DNA of 64,000 nucleotides from Octopus vulgaris (lineage: Eukaryota): the NCBI GenBank assembly GCA_951406725.2, contig OX597819.1, positions 101,184,001-101,248,000 on the forward strand. Direction: 5' to 3'. The position numbers and the translations under genes were made by a program. Below, in pieces: positions 12,805 through 25,198 of the stretch; the first letter of the stretch is position 1; every line of letters begins with the position of its first letter. Below the pieces are notes generated by a model, which saw only the letters and a program-made list of their open reading frames with translations, searched no databases and was not told the origin of the DNA.

Positions 12805-12913
12805 GCATATATGTATGCATACATACATATAGACATATAAGTAAACATCTATATATTTACATATATTTATATATGTATGTATAAATATATATATACATAT
12901 ATATATGTGTATG

Positions 12914-12987
<74 letters not shown>

Positions 12988-13284
12988 TGTATGTAGGTAT
13001 AATCATATGTACTGTGTATGTAAGGTGGAATCTATATCCCCTGGTATATTCTGGAAACATCGAAACTTCATTCGCTCCCATTACGTAGATTTTCTAAAAT
13101 GTTTGATTTGTTTTTGTATTGTTTTGTTTATTTTTCTTATTATGGAAAAGAGAAAATTAGATTTTTAAATTGAACAAAAACAAAATCACGAAAATTTAAA
13201 CAATTAAAACAAAATAGTTTTCCGAAAAAAAAAACCGAATACAACCCCCAAGAAACAATACAATAGAATACAAGGAAAACGTTA

Positions 13285-13489
13285 ACAACAACAACAACAA
13301 CAACAACAACAGAAGCAATAAAAATTAATAAAACAAACTGAAATGAAATAAATGCTTTTATAATAACAACAACACACCACCAAGTATTTTGGCCTCAGTC
13401 CAGGAATGTTTCAACGTTGAACGATTACGACGATGACGAAGACGAAGACGATGACGACAACAACTGTTATACACCACCACCACCATCAC

Positions 13490-13583
<94 letters not shown>

Positions 13584-13755
13584 GTAATCATCATCATTAT
13601 CATCATCATCATCATTGTAATCATCATCACGTATTATCATGACAGTCAGCATCATCATCAACCTGTTCACCATTAACATTATTATTTTTGTTACTGTCGT
13701 CGACATCATCACCATCGTCGTCATTATCATCATCATCATCAACATCATCATCCTT

Positions 13756-13817
<62 letters not shown>

Positions 13818-14014
13818 TATCATCATCATCACACACAAATCATCATCATCTTTGGTGTCATAGTCGACGTTCTCATCATCGAAATCAACATCATCATTAT
13901 TAGCATCATCATCGTCATGGTTGTCGGTGTCGCCTGTCCTCATCATCCCCTCCTCTTCCTGATGATGATGATGATGATGATGATAATGCTGATGATGATA
14001 ATGATGATGAGGAA

Positions 14015-14047
<33 letters not shown>

Positions 14048-14424
14048 CCTCATCCTCATCATCAATATCATCATCGTGGTCGTCGCCATCTTTCTCGTTG
14101 CCAACGTCATGATCCTCCTCATCATAGTTATGATTGTATTGCTACTACTTGTTATCGTGATGTTGACTATTGTTATGATGATTGTCGTGGTTATCAATAC
14201 CATCAACTTCATCGGCGCCATCTTCGTAAATGCCATCATCATTAGCTTCATCAGTAGCGGCACTGTGTTTAACGTTCTGATTGCGGTCATCATCATTGCC
14301 GTCATCCTCGTTATCGTTAAAATCATCATCATCCTCATCATCATCCTCCTCCTCATCGTAATCAATGTCGTCGCTGTCGTCGCCCTCGTCGTTGTCATCG
14401 GCGTCATCATGATCATCATGAACA

Positions 14425-14458
<34 letters not shown>

Positions 14459-15067
14459 TGTCGTCGCTGTCGTCGCCCTCGTCGTCGTCGTCATCATCAA
14501 CATCATCATCATCATCATCCTCATCATCATCATCATCCTCATCATCATCATCATCATCATCATCTTCATCATCATCATCACCATTGTCGTCGTCCTCGTG
14601 GTCGTCATCGGCGTCATCATCATCATAATCATCATCGCTATCACCTTCATTATCATCCACTTCTTTCTATTGCTTACTTTCTCCACCTCATTCCACTCTC
14701 AACATTATCATTTTCATCGCCTTCCTTCTTCTCTCCCTTCATCATCCTCTTCTCATCGTCACCATCATCATCGTCATCGCCAGTGTTGTTCTCATTTTCG
14801 TCGTTTTCGTCGACAGTTTTTAATGGTCTTCATTAAAAGCATAACCGCTGTCGATCAGCACCACCGTCATCGTAAACACCACCACCACCACCACCACCAC
14901 AACTACCAACACCACCAGCACCACCAGCACCACCAGCACCACTACCACCACCACCACCTCCACCACCACCACCACCACCATCACCACCATCATCATCATC
15001 ATCATCATCATTATCGTCATTTCTACCAATATGACATTCACCACCAGCACCATTCCCAACAGCTGTA

Positions 15068-15099
<32 letters not shown>

Positions 15100-15463
15100 A
15101 ACAACAATAACAGCTTCAATCAACTACAGCACTAGATCTCACCTCGCAGCAGTTATCTCTGTAAATCACAGACAAAATAAGGAGGGGGGGCGAATATTCT
15201 AGAGGCAAAAAAAAATTGTCAACAAAAACAAAAACTAAAAAAAACAGCAAAAAACCAATCCCTCGAAAAATAACTAGTACTATCTACATCATTCACTACC
15301 ACTACCACCACCACTGGCACTCATCCTCCGCCTCCTCCTCCTCTCGTCCGCCTCCTCCTCCTCTCGTCCGCCTCCTCCTCCTCTCGTCCGCCTCCTCCTC
15401 CTCGTCCGCCTCCTCCTCCTCTTCGTCCGCCTCCTCCTCCTCCTCCTCCTCCTCCTCCTCCTC

Positions 15464-15526
<63 letters not shown>

Positions 15527-15758
15527 TCGCTGCCGTATTCTACTACTACTAACAATAATATACTGCGGCTACTACTTCAGCCTTCACCATTACCACTACT
15601 ATTGCTAAGTATTACCAACAGTATGGCCAAGACGATCCCCGTCTCCGCCATACCACCACCAATACCACTTATAATACTACTACTAATATATATATATAGC
15701 ACAATTAACGCCATTATTACTACTACAACTGCAATAATTACTTCCACTGCTACCACTA

Positions 15759-15797
<39 letters not shown>

Positions 15798-15825
15798 TAG
15801 TAGTAGTAGTAGTAGTAGTAGCAGC

Positions 15826-15877
<52 letters not shown>

Positions 15878-16020
15878 TTACTAGTAGTAGTAGTAGTAGT
15901 AATAGTAGTAGTAGTAGTAGTAGTACCACTACAACTACTAGACCAACTATTTTTGTGACAGTAAGGACACCATCACAGACAACAACAACAACAACAGCAA
16001 TAACAACCATAACAACATCA
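13285..16020. repeat. 2.7-kb compound trinucleotide field (CAT, GAT, CGT, CAC, CCT, TAC, TAG)
   Basis: Directly visible; source of many spurious ORFs. Confidence 0.93.
15328..15445 (+). repeat. ~20-bp minisatellite cgcctcctcctcctctcgtc, about 5-6 units
   Basis: Directly visible tandem units built on (CCT)n. Confidence 0.85.
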
Positions 16021-16615
16021 ACGATCAAAGGTGTCACAGTCTGACCATTTGTTACTGTTTCTCTTTCTCCCTCTGATTCGTTTAGCCTTTCACAATCCCT
16101 CTTGCTCGGAGTTTCGATTTATTTTTTAATTTTACCTCTTTAAGTACGTTTCTCCCCTTATTACATGCCTTTCTAGTTCTCTCTATCTTCCCCTTTCTCT
16201 CTCTCTCTCTCTTTCTCCCCTTCCTATCCCTTTCTCTGTCTCTTCCCCTCTCTCTTCCTATCTCTCTATCTGTGCCTCTAGCACTCTCACAAACACTCAC
16301 ATACATACAGAAGCTCTCACACTCTCTCACGCTCTCTCCATATCTTTGACTCTCTTTCTCATTTTCTCTTTCACTCACGCAGTCAAAACGTTCTATCTTC
16401 CCTTTTAATCCTTCTCTCCCTAACACAGACAACTTTGAATCTCTCCCTCCCTCCTCTCTCTCTCTCTATCTCTCTCTCTCTTTCTTTCACATACACAGAC
16501 ATAACACTCTATCTCTCCTCTTCTGTCTTTCATTCTGAAGTACATACACGCATAGTCTCTCTCTCTTTCTCTCTCCTTTTTTTACACACGCACACACATG
16601 GACACACACACACTC

Positions 16616-16666
<51 letters not shown>

Positions 16667-16998
16667 GACACAAATTCACTGGTCTCTAATTCACACACGC
16701 CCAGACGTGCCCGCCCTTTCTCTGTCCTTTCTTTTTTCACACACGCAGACATGTGTTCTCTTTCCATTTTTCTCTATTTATTTCTCTATCAGTCTCTCCT
16801 CTGCGTCCCTCTGTTTTTTCTTTTTGTTTTTAAATTTTGTCTCGATCAATCGCTTTCTCTACTACTGTGTTTTTGATTTCTTTTTCAAACAACAATAAAA
16901 CCATCACTTATTATTCGTTACTTATATATATTTTTGTTTACCTTCCGCCATTTTATTTCTTTTATTTTAGCCTTTCTCTTTCTTGGTTCTTGTATTGC

Positions 16999-17055
<57 letters not shown>

Positions 17056-17109
17056 ACACACACATGCATACACTCTCTGTGTGTACTTTTTCATATATAA
17101 GGAAGCGAT

Positions 17110-17145
<36 letters not shown>

Positions 17146-17228
17146 GAGTATGTATATATATTAATATGCATATGTATATATATATATGTATATATGTATG
17201 TATCTTTGTATGTAAATATATATACATA

Positions 17229-17405
<177 letters not shown>

Positions 17406-18057
17406 TATGTGTGTGTTGTACTCCATGTTATTTTCCACCTTCATTTTCCATCATCTTTCTACTTCATCGTTATTTATTTTGCTCTATTTTCCATCATGTT
17501 ATTTTTTAACGTTTGACACAAAAATTTTTTTTCTTTCTACGGTAATTTTTTTCTTTAAATTTCCCTCACACTTTATTTTTTCTTCTCCATTTTAGTTTAT
17601 TTCTATTTTTCGTATTATTTTATGTAGTTATATTCATTCCCAACTCCCTGCCAACCAACACACCCCTCCTTTTTTTTTGTTTTCTTTATTTAGTGACGGG
17701 GTATGTTCCCTTCTATTTTAGCTACCTTTCCTTTTTATTTTATTATCATTCTTTTAACGTTTGTTCCCTATTTTTACTTGAAATTTCTTTCACTTTATCG
17801 AATTCTTATGTTTTCCTTCATTTCTTTTACAGACATTTTTTTCTTTCCACATTCACGTCTATCTTTTTTCTTCGTTCTGGTCCCTCCTACTTCCCTTTTT
17901 TTCATTCCTCTATTATTTTTCTTTCTCTCATTCACTACAACTAGCCTTTTCTCGCCTCTCTCTCCCTCAACACACACACACAAAAAACATATATACACTT
18001 ATAGACATATATATTATACATGTGTGTGTACATGTATATATGTTGTATGTTTATATA

Positions 18058-18113
<56 letters not shown>

Positions 18114-18138
18114 TATATATATTATGTGTACATTTGTA

Positions 18139-18181
<43 letters not shown>

Positions 18182-18339
18182 ATATGTATTTATGTGTGTG
18201 TGTGTGTGTGTGTGTGTATGTATATAGATCTGTGTATATGTTGCTCATTTTATCTTTGTCTCAATCACGCTAAATTCCCCTTTCTCTCTTCCTCCTGCCA
18301 CGACTACCTCTTTCTATTATCCATTACTATATATTTTCT

Positions 18340-18379
<40 letters not shown>

Positions 18380-18775
18380 CCGTTCTAAGTCTCTCTAATT
18401 TATTTCTTCAAACGCTCGTCCACACCGACTCTCTGTCCGCCATCTCCAATATTAATCCCTCTTTCGGGTAATTACATGAGATTCCAGGTGAATGAGATCG
18501 GTGAAGGTGGCGTAAATTTAAACGAACGAATATTATTGAATGAGTGAGGTGCGAGTGCCAGTGGTGGTGGGGGTAGTGGTGGTGGAGGTGATGGTGGTAG
18601 TGGTGATGCTGTCTGTGGTGCTGGCGGTGCCAGTGGTGTAGGTGGTGCTGGTGGATGTGAGAGGCGTACGAGTTACAGGAATGTCCCGCTGACCTAAGCT
18701 ACTAAAATAAATTAACAAAATTTTTCAAATAGAAATTTGCAGAGATAAATGGCGTTGTCAGTGTGTGTTTATATA

Positions 18776-18821
<46 letters not shown>

Positions 18822-19283
18822 GGTGCGTGTGTTTGTCCGCACGTTTGTGTGCGTCTGTGTGAGTTGCTCTCTGTACGTGTGAACTTACAATCATATGTGT
18901 GTATTAGTGAATGTGTGGATGCAAATGTTTGTGTGTTCATATATATATTAAAACTTTATAGATCTGTGTGTGTCTATGACTTAGGTCTATGTATATGTAT
19001 GTACATCTGCTTACGTTAGCGAATTTAGTGGCACGTGTAAATTAAAGGGACTTAAATTATGGTGGCTGTCTTAGTGCCTGTTATAATATAGGATTATAAA
19101 TGTGTGTGCGTGTGTCTGTGTATGTATTTACAAGGGTGTTAATGCATGTACCTATATGGTGCGTATGTCTATGAAAGTTAGCATTATATAGGCACAAATA
19201 ATGGTCTGTTGGTGCGTGTATATATCTGCATATGTATTTATATGTATGTATCTATGTATGCATATATATATGTAAATGTATAT

Positions 19284-19343
<60 letters not shown>

Positions 19344-19653
19344 GACTCTCCCCAGACACAACAGAATATGCTTCAATACACGAAGTCGTGTAAAGAATCT
19401 TGCAAACCAAATCCAAAAACGATATATGCATATATATATACCATAGTATTAAATACAATTATAATCAAGGGCCGACCAATGCATATAAGACAGAGAATCT
19501 GCTATGCCCTCCTTAATTATGATTATATTATATATTATTATAAATGTCTATATATGAAATTTACCAAAATAATTCTATTTTATATGCTGCCCACTCAAAA
19601 GTTTTAATGATTTTATCCTTTAATTATGTGAAACATATATGATACACACACAC

Positions 19654-19696
<43 letters not shown>

Positions 19697-19979
19697 CACA
19701 CACATATATATATATATGAATATAGGCGTTTGAGTACGTGAACGAGTGTTTTTCGAAATACAAGCATGTATGTACTTGGGCGCGTGTGTATACACAAATG
19801 CCGGTGAAATGTGTGTTCCCATATATGTGTACATGAGTATTATATGAAGCGTCTTTGCTTGCCGGAGTGATTTTTGTTTCTAAATACAATAAGTATTACA
19901 TACACCTAAATAAGTATCTGACTGTATATGAATGAGTTTGCCTCAGTGTGCTTACGTTATGTATATGCACATTTATGTT

Positions 19980-20010
<31 letters not shown>

Positions 20011-20012
<2 letters not shown>

Positions 20013-20474
20013 CAAAGTGAACTTGTAAGGTACCGCACGAGTGGAATTATATATGAAAGAAGGTTTGAAAATGCAATTTTAAAAGATGTTTACTTACTTG
20101 ACCGGTTTCACTTTTTTAGAAAAAGATTTTCAAAAGTAACATGTAAAAGCTTTGTTGTGTTAGGTACTGGTTGCCACAAAATATTACAATACATATATAC
20201 ATTCTTTGATAATAATAAGGACATGCTAAAGACAGTTTACAATATTTTAATGAACTTGTCAATTTTTTTTATATTTCCCAATATTTACCCTTGTAAACTG
20301 TTTTTAACATGTTCTTATTATTATCAAAGAATATATATATGTATTGTAATATTTTGTGACAATCAGTACCTAACACAACAAAGCTTTTACATGTTACCTT
20401 TGACAATCTTTTTATAAAAAAGTGAAACCGGTTAAGTAAATAAGCATCTTTTAAAATTGCATTTTCAAATCTTC

Positions 20475-20485
<11 letters not shown>
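20011..20485. mobile_element. Fold-back element: 195-bp inverted arms (20048-20242 / 20291-20485) with 48-bp spacer, in (TA)n
   Basis: Arms reverse-complementary with about 13 substitutions and no indels by eye; homologous single arm at 30850-31070. Confidence 0.85.
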
Positions 20486-20517
<32 letters not shown>

Positions 20518-20556
20518 CACGCACACATATGTGTGTGTGTTTGTGTGTGTATACCC

Positions 20557-20802
20557 GTTACTGTGCGGTAAGAAACTTGCTTCATCAAACACATGGTACC
20601 GATTTCAAACCCACTGCGTGGTAACTTGGCGCATCAAAGCCTTGTGAGAGGATTTGGTAGACGGAAACTTTAAGAAACCCGTAACTTAGTGTTTCGGTAA
20701 AATTTTATCGATAGAATAATAGGCTGACAAAGGATAAGTCCTGTGGGTCTAATTGTTCGACTAAAGGTGGGGCTCCATCATGACTGCAGTCAAAGACTGA
20801 AA
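20557..20802 (+). mobile_element. SINE family A with internal deletions
   Basis: Head ctgtgcggtaag, ggatttggtagacggaaact, and tail ctaaaggtggggctcca..cagtcaaagactgaaa. Confidence 0.75.
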
Positions 20803-21100
20803 TACATACAATATAGAAGAATATATATATATATTCAAATATATATATGACTCCCAACCTGACACATCCACACTTCTTCTGAACTACACTTCTGGCTGAA
20901 CTTGTTCGCTCCCTCAACTGCTTCTAGTTCGCGGGTGATTTTTACATTTTTCGGGAGAGGCCATTAAAAAAGAATTGACCCCAACTACGCAAACCTGTTC
21001 GTTGGCTATGCTGAAGCCCAAATATTCTCAAGATCCACTGGTCCCCCACACGTACTATATGGTCTTTATATTGACGACTGTAAACATGTGTTTCGTTCGA

Positions 21101-21304
21101 CATCCACAAACAACCCGTATTCAGGGAAATTTTCAGAGAGATGGGCTGCTCACTCAATGAAAATTCTAAGAGGACCCCACCTCTAAGGTAATGCGCTGTT
21201 TATTGTAATGCATGTGACTGGTGTACCCAAATAAGACAGATCGTCACGAAAGGTATATTTCAATCCAGTGTCACTTTGGTGCCATGCAATGAGACCTCAC
21301 TCAA
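21101..21304 (+). mobile_element. Degenerate 3' part of the ~545-bp (TAA)-tailed non-coding element
   Basis: aaacaaccc.tattcaggga...ccagtgtcactttg..ctcactcaa matches 23067-23302; followed by (TAA)n. Confidence 0.7.
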
Positions 21305-21314
21305 CATTAATAAT

Positions 21315-21382
<68 letters not shown>

Positions 21383-21393
21383 CAACAACAACA

Positions 21394-22018
21394 AAAGTGC
21401 AGAATCTGTGGATAAAACGGTGAAACCTTATTACCAGTCAATGTACGCCACTAGCCCAGTAGGAATATAAGAGACGCCAGGACAATATAGCAAGGCTTGT
21501 CCATTGGACACTTTGCAACGATCAAAAAATTGGTACGACCACAAACCAGAAGGCATCATCGAAAATAGAAATGCCAAGATCCTATGGGATTTTATGATTC
21601 AGTGCGACCATGAGATAGAGTATTCGAAGCCAGACAGAGTCATAATTGAGAAAGAAATCAAACTATGCTGGATCATAGATATAATATGCCCAGCTGACAA
21701 GGTAGGCGATAAGGAAGGAAGAAAAGTTGAGAGATATGACTGGTTAACTTGGGAAATTAAGCAGCTGTGTTTGATGAAAAAGGTAGCAGTGATGCCAATG
21801 ACTGTCGGAACCCTGGGAACAGGGAACAAAAATTTCGAAAAGTACGTGGAACAAATAGGGGCTGTAATAAGGGTGGAGCACTTGCAGAAAACAGCACTGC
21901 GTGGAAACTCACGAATACTCCAGAATGTGCTCGAAAAATAATAAGAGGTATTACGTTAGTTCACTGGTAATGAACAGCTGACACTGTAGTATATCTCCAG
22001 GGTTAGAAGCTGTGCAAA

Positions 22019-22020
<2 letters not shown>
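21394..22020 (+). mobile_element. R4/Dong-clade non-LTR retrotransposon 3' fragment (family 1): zinc knuckle plus RLE endonuclease
   Basis: CRICG..ET..C..LAQ.EYKRR.D..ARLVHW; KILWDFMIQCDHEI..KPD..IID..P..K.GRKVERY; QKTAL.G..RIL..VL*; (TAA)n on both flanks. Confidence 0.88.
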
Positions 22021-22085
<65 letters not shown>

Positions 22086-22550
22086 TGAACTAGACAGAAC
22101 AAAAAATCGGTACGGACCCGAAGGCATCATCGAAAATTATAATGCAAAGATCCTATGGGAAACCAGACAGACTAAATTGAGAAAGAAAGCAAGCTATGCT
22201 AGATCATAGATATAGCATGCCCAGCTGACAACAATGTATGCGATAAGGAAGAAAGAAAATTTGATAGATATAACAGGTTAGATTCGTATGTTAAGCAGTT
22301 GTAGTTGATGATAAAGATGGTGCTTGTAGGAATAATTGTCGGAACCCTGGGAACAATGAGTAGAAATCTTGAGAAGTACATGATAAACAGGAGCTGCAAT
22401 AAGGGTGGAGCACTTGCAGAAAAAAGCACAGCTTGGAACCGCTCAAATACTCCGGAAGGTGCTCAAAAAATAAGGCGTGTTACCTTAGTTCAGTGGTAGT
22501 GAACAGCTGACACCATAGTATATCGCCTGCGTTAAAAGCTGTGCAAAGAC
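22086..22550 (+). mobile_element. R4/Dong family 1, shorter 3' fragment with internal deletion
   Basis: Colinear with 21520-22020 including the 3'UTR ending agctgtgcaaag; (TAA)n flanks. Confidence 0.85.
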
Positions 22551-22613
22551 AATAAGGATAATGATAAGAATAATAATGATAATAATAATAATAACAACAA
22601 CAACAACAACGAC

Positions 22614-22645
<32 letters not shown>

Positions 22646-22658
22646 CAACAACAACGAC

Positions 22659-22690
<32 letters not shown>

Positions 22691-22710
22691 TAATATTAAT
22701 AATAATAATG

Positions 22711-22757
<47 letters not shown>

Positions 22758-22758
<1 letters not shown>

Positions 22759-23302
22759 GCCCTGATGCAGTACCAGGCAGTGGCTCTCATGGCTTCTGAT
22801 CTTAACTGATTGGAAGTGTTATCATGTACATTGTTTTGTCTTGGTATAAAAGATGGGCTACAGCAAATATTCTGCTCAATACCACAGATTTGCTTGTCAG
22901 TTGTTTGACCTTAACCAGTTGAGCATGTCCCTTAGTGGCTGACGATATGTGCATCTCTGATCACGAGCAGAAGTAGTGGGGGAGCATCATAGCCATGTGT
23001 TGAGAGGGATTCTTTGGGGTTTGAATAGTTCACCTCTGGAAACATGGGTGGTTCTTTCAACATCCTTAAACAACCCTTATTCAGGGACCGTTTGAGCGGG
23101 ATGGGATACTCAACCTGAAGAAAATTCTAACTGGTTGCAAGGTGTTCTGTTTATCTTGATATGAGATCACCATGTCACGCACATATGGTTGTGATGCATG
23201 TGCCTGGTGTACCTTTATCAGACGGGTAGTCATGATGGGTATATTGGGCTTCGTATATTTTACCCCAGTGTCACTTTGATGGCATGAACTGCTCTCTCAC
23301 TC
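22758..23302 (+). mobile_element. ~545-bp non-coding retroposon-like element embedded in (TAA)n; longest copy
   Basis: Five related copies in window; shared right end ctcactc followed by (AAT)n; no recognisable ORF. Confidence 0.8.
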
Positions 23303-23367
<65 letters not shown>

Positions 23368-23396
23368 TAATAATAATAGTAATACTAATAATAATA

Positions 23397-23630
23397 ATTC
23401 AGGGATCTTTTGAGCGGGATGGGCTACTGAACCTGAAGAAATTTCTAACTAGGCCCCACCTGTAAGGTCATGTGCTGTTTATCTTGATATGAGATCACCA
23501 TGTCGCGCACATATGGTTGTGATGCATGTGCCTGGTGTACCCTTATCAGACGGGTAGTCATGATGGGTATATTGGGCTTCGTATATTTTACCCCAGTGTC
23601 ACTTTGATGGCATGAACTGCTCTTTCACTC
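23397..23630 (+). mobile_element. 5'-truncated copy of the ~545-bp element
   Basis: Near-identical to 23079-23302; (TAA)n flanks. Confidence 0.88.
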
Positions 23631-23669
23631 AATAATAATAATAATAATAATAATGATGATGATGTTAAT

Positions 23670-23882
23670 AAAATTTTCAGTTGAATGTGAATAAATATTC
23701 GAAAACCTTAGAAATATCATACATTCTACGTGTATTGCAGAAGTCGGCATTACTTGGAACAGCACGCATGTTGCTTACAGCACTGTCTGTCTGATGCTCT
23801 TCATGTGACTTGAGAAACAATACAAACTCCTTGTAGACACAATATCTTCAATCAACAACGTCATGATTAGAAGTGTCAACGT
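23670..23882 (+). mobile_element. R4/Dong-type extreme 3' fragment (family 2)
   Basis: 23732-23794 translates VLQKSALLGTARMLLTALSV*; 3'UTR tacaaactcc..atcttcaatcaacaa shared with 25198-25265 (minus). Confidence 0.75.
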
Positions 23883-23888
23883 TTACAG

Positions 23889-24588
23889 GTCTTGCCTTGG
23901 TGTAAAAAATATTCTGCTCAGTACCTATTTCTTTACTACCCACAAGGGGCTAAACACAGAGAGGACAAACTAGGACAGACAAACGGATTAAGTCGATTAT
24001 ATCGACCCCAGTACGTAACTGGTACTTATTTAATCGACCCCGAAAGGATGAAAAGCAAAGTCGACCTCGGCGGAATTTGAACTCAGAACGTAGCGATAGA
24101 CGAAATACGGCTACGCATTTCGCCCGGCGTGCTAACGTTTCTGCCAGCCCACCGCCATTCTGCTCAATACCGCATATTTACTCGTCACTTGTTTGACCGT
24201 AACCAGGTGAGCAAATTTTTTGAGTGGCTGACGATATGTGTATCTCTGATCACGAGCAGAAATAGTACGGAGAATTTTAACAATATGGTGAGAGGGTTCT
24301 TTGGGGTTTAAATAAATCACTTCCAAAAACCTATTTTGCTCATCGTCCTTAAGCAACCAATATTCAGGGACACTTTGAGCAGGATGAGTTACCAGACTTG
24401 AAGAAAATTCCAGCTGGGCTTCAACTGCAAAGTCATGCGCTGTTTATCTTCATATGAGACAACATGTGGTGCACAAAAGGTTGTATTTCATGTTCTCGGT
24501 TACCCTTATCAGAGGAATAATGGGTACATTGGGCTTCATATGTTTGCGCCCCAGGGTTACTTTGACGGTATACTCTGCTTTCTCGCTC
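23889..24588 (+). mobile_element. Older copy of the ~545-bp element, interrupted by SINE-B
   Basis: Colinear with 22835-23302 once 23926-24171 is removed. Confidence 0.78.
23926..24156 (-). mobile_element. SINE family B, full length, with 15-bp target-site duplication
   Basis: TSD attctgctcagtacc (23911-23925) / attctgctcaatacc (24157-24171), 1 mismatch. Confidence 0.92.
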
Positions 24589-24908
24589 AATGTGTTTATG
24601 TTGAGAGCCGTGTTTCAAGAGCTGATTAGTTTGCATCTGATGAATGTCTCATTGGCATTCTCCAATCCCATCCTCATTTTGACGTACTTTCCGAAACTGT
24701 GGACAAGTTTTAGAGGTTCTTGAGCTGCGCATATGAGTACTTCTGTCTCTATCTTCAGGCCACTCACCCTTATCCATAGCCACCTTTCCTATGTATCTGT
24801 CTTTGCGATCACGTCTCTTGTAAACTGACCGCACATTTTTTTCCTTCCCTGCTTTTTCCTTTTTTGTATTCCCTAGTTAAAATATTTCTTTCATTACACA
24901 ATATTCAG

Positions 24909-25050
24909 TTCTTCTTCTTCTTCTTCTTCTTCTTCTTCTTCTTCTTCTTCTTCTTCTTCTTCTTCTTCTTCTTCTTCTTCTTCTTCTTCTTCTTCTTCTT
25001 CTTCTTCTTCTTTTTCTTCTTCTTCTTCTTCTTCTTATTATTATTATTAT

Positions 25051-25085
<35 letters not shown>

Positions 25086-25101
25086 ATAATAATAATAATA
25101 A

Positions 25102-25197
<96 letters not shown>
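24909..25197. repeat. Compound (TTC)n-(TTA)n-(CTA)n-(TAA)n-(CTA)n-(TTA)n microsatellite
   Basis: Directly visible. Confidence 0.95.

Positions 25198-25198
<1 letters not shown>

Noticed and set aside
13917-15068. 383-aa ORF and overlapping poly-M/D/H/I ORFs
   Set aside because: Translations of trinucleotide microsatellites, open in several frames and both strands, with no domain.
21101-24588. CRISPR-like repeat-spacer pattern
   Set aside because: Repeats are variable-length (TAA)n, the spacers are retroelement fragments, the context is eukaryotic and there are no cas genes.
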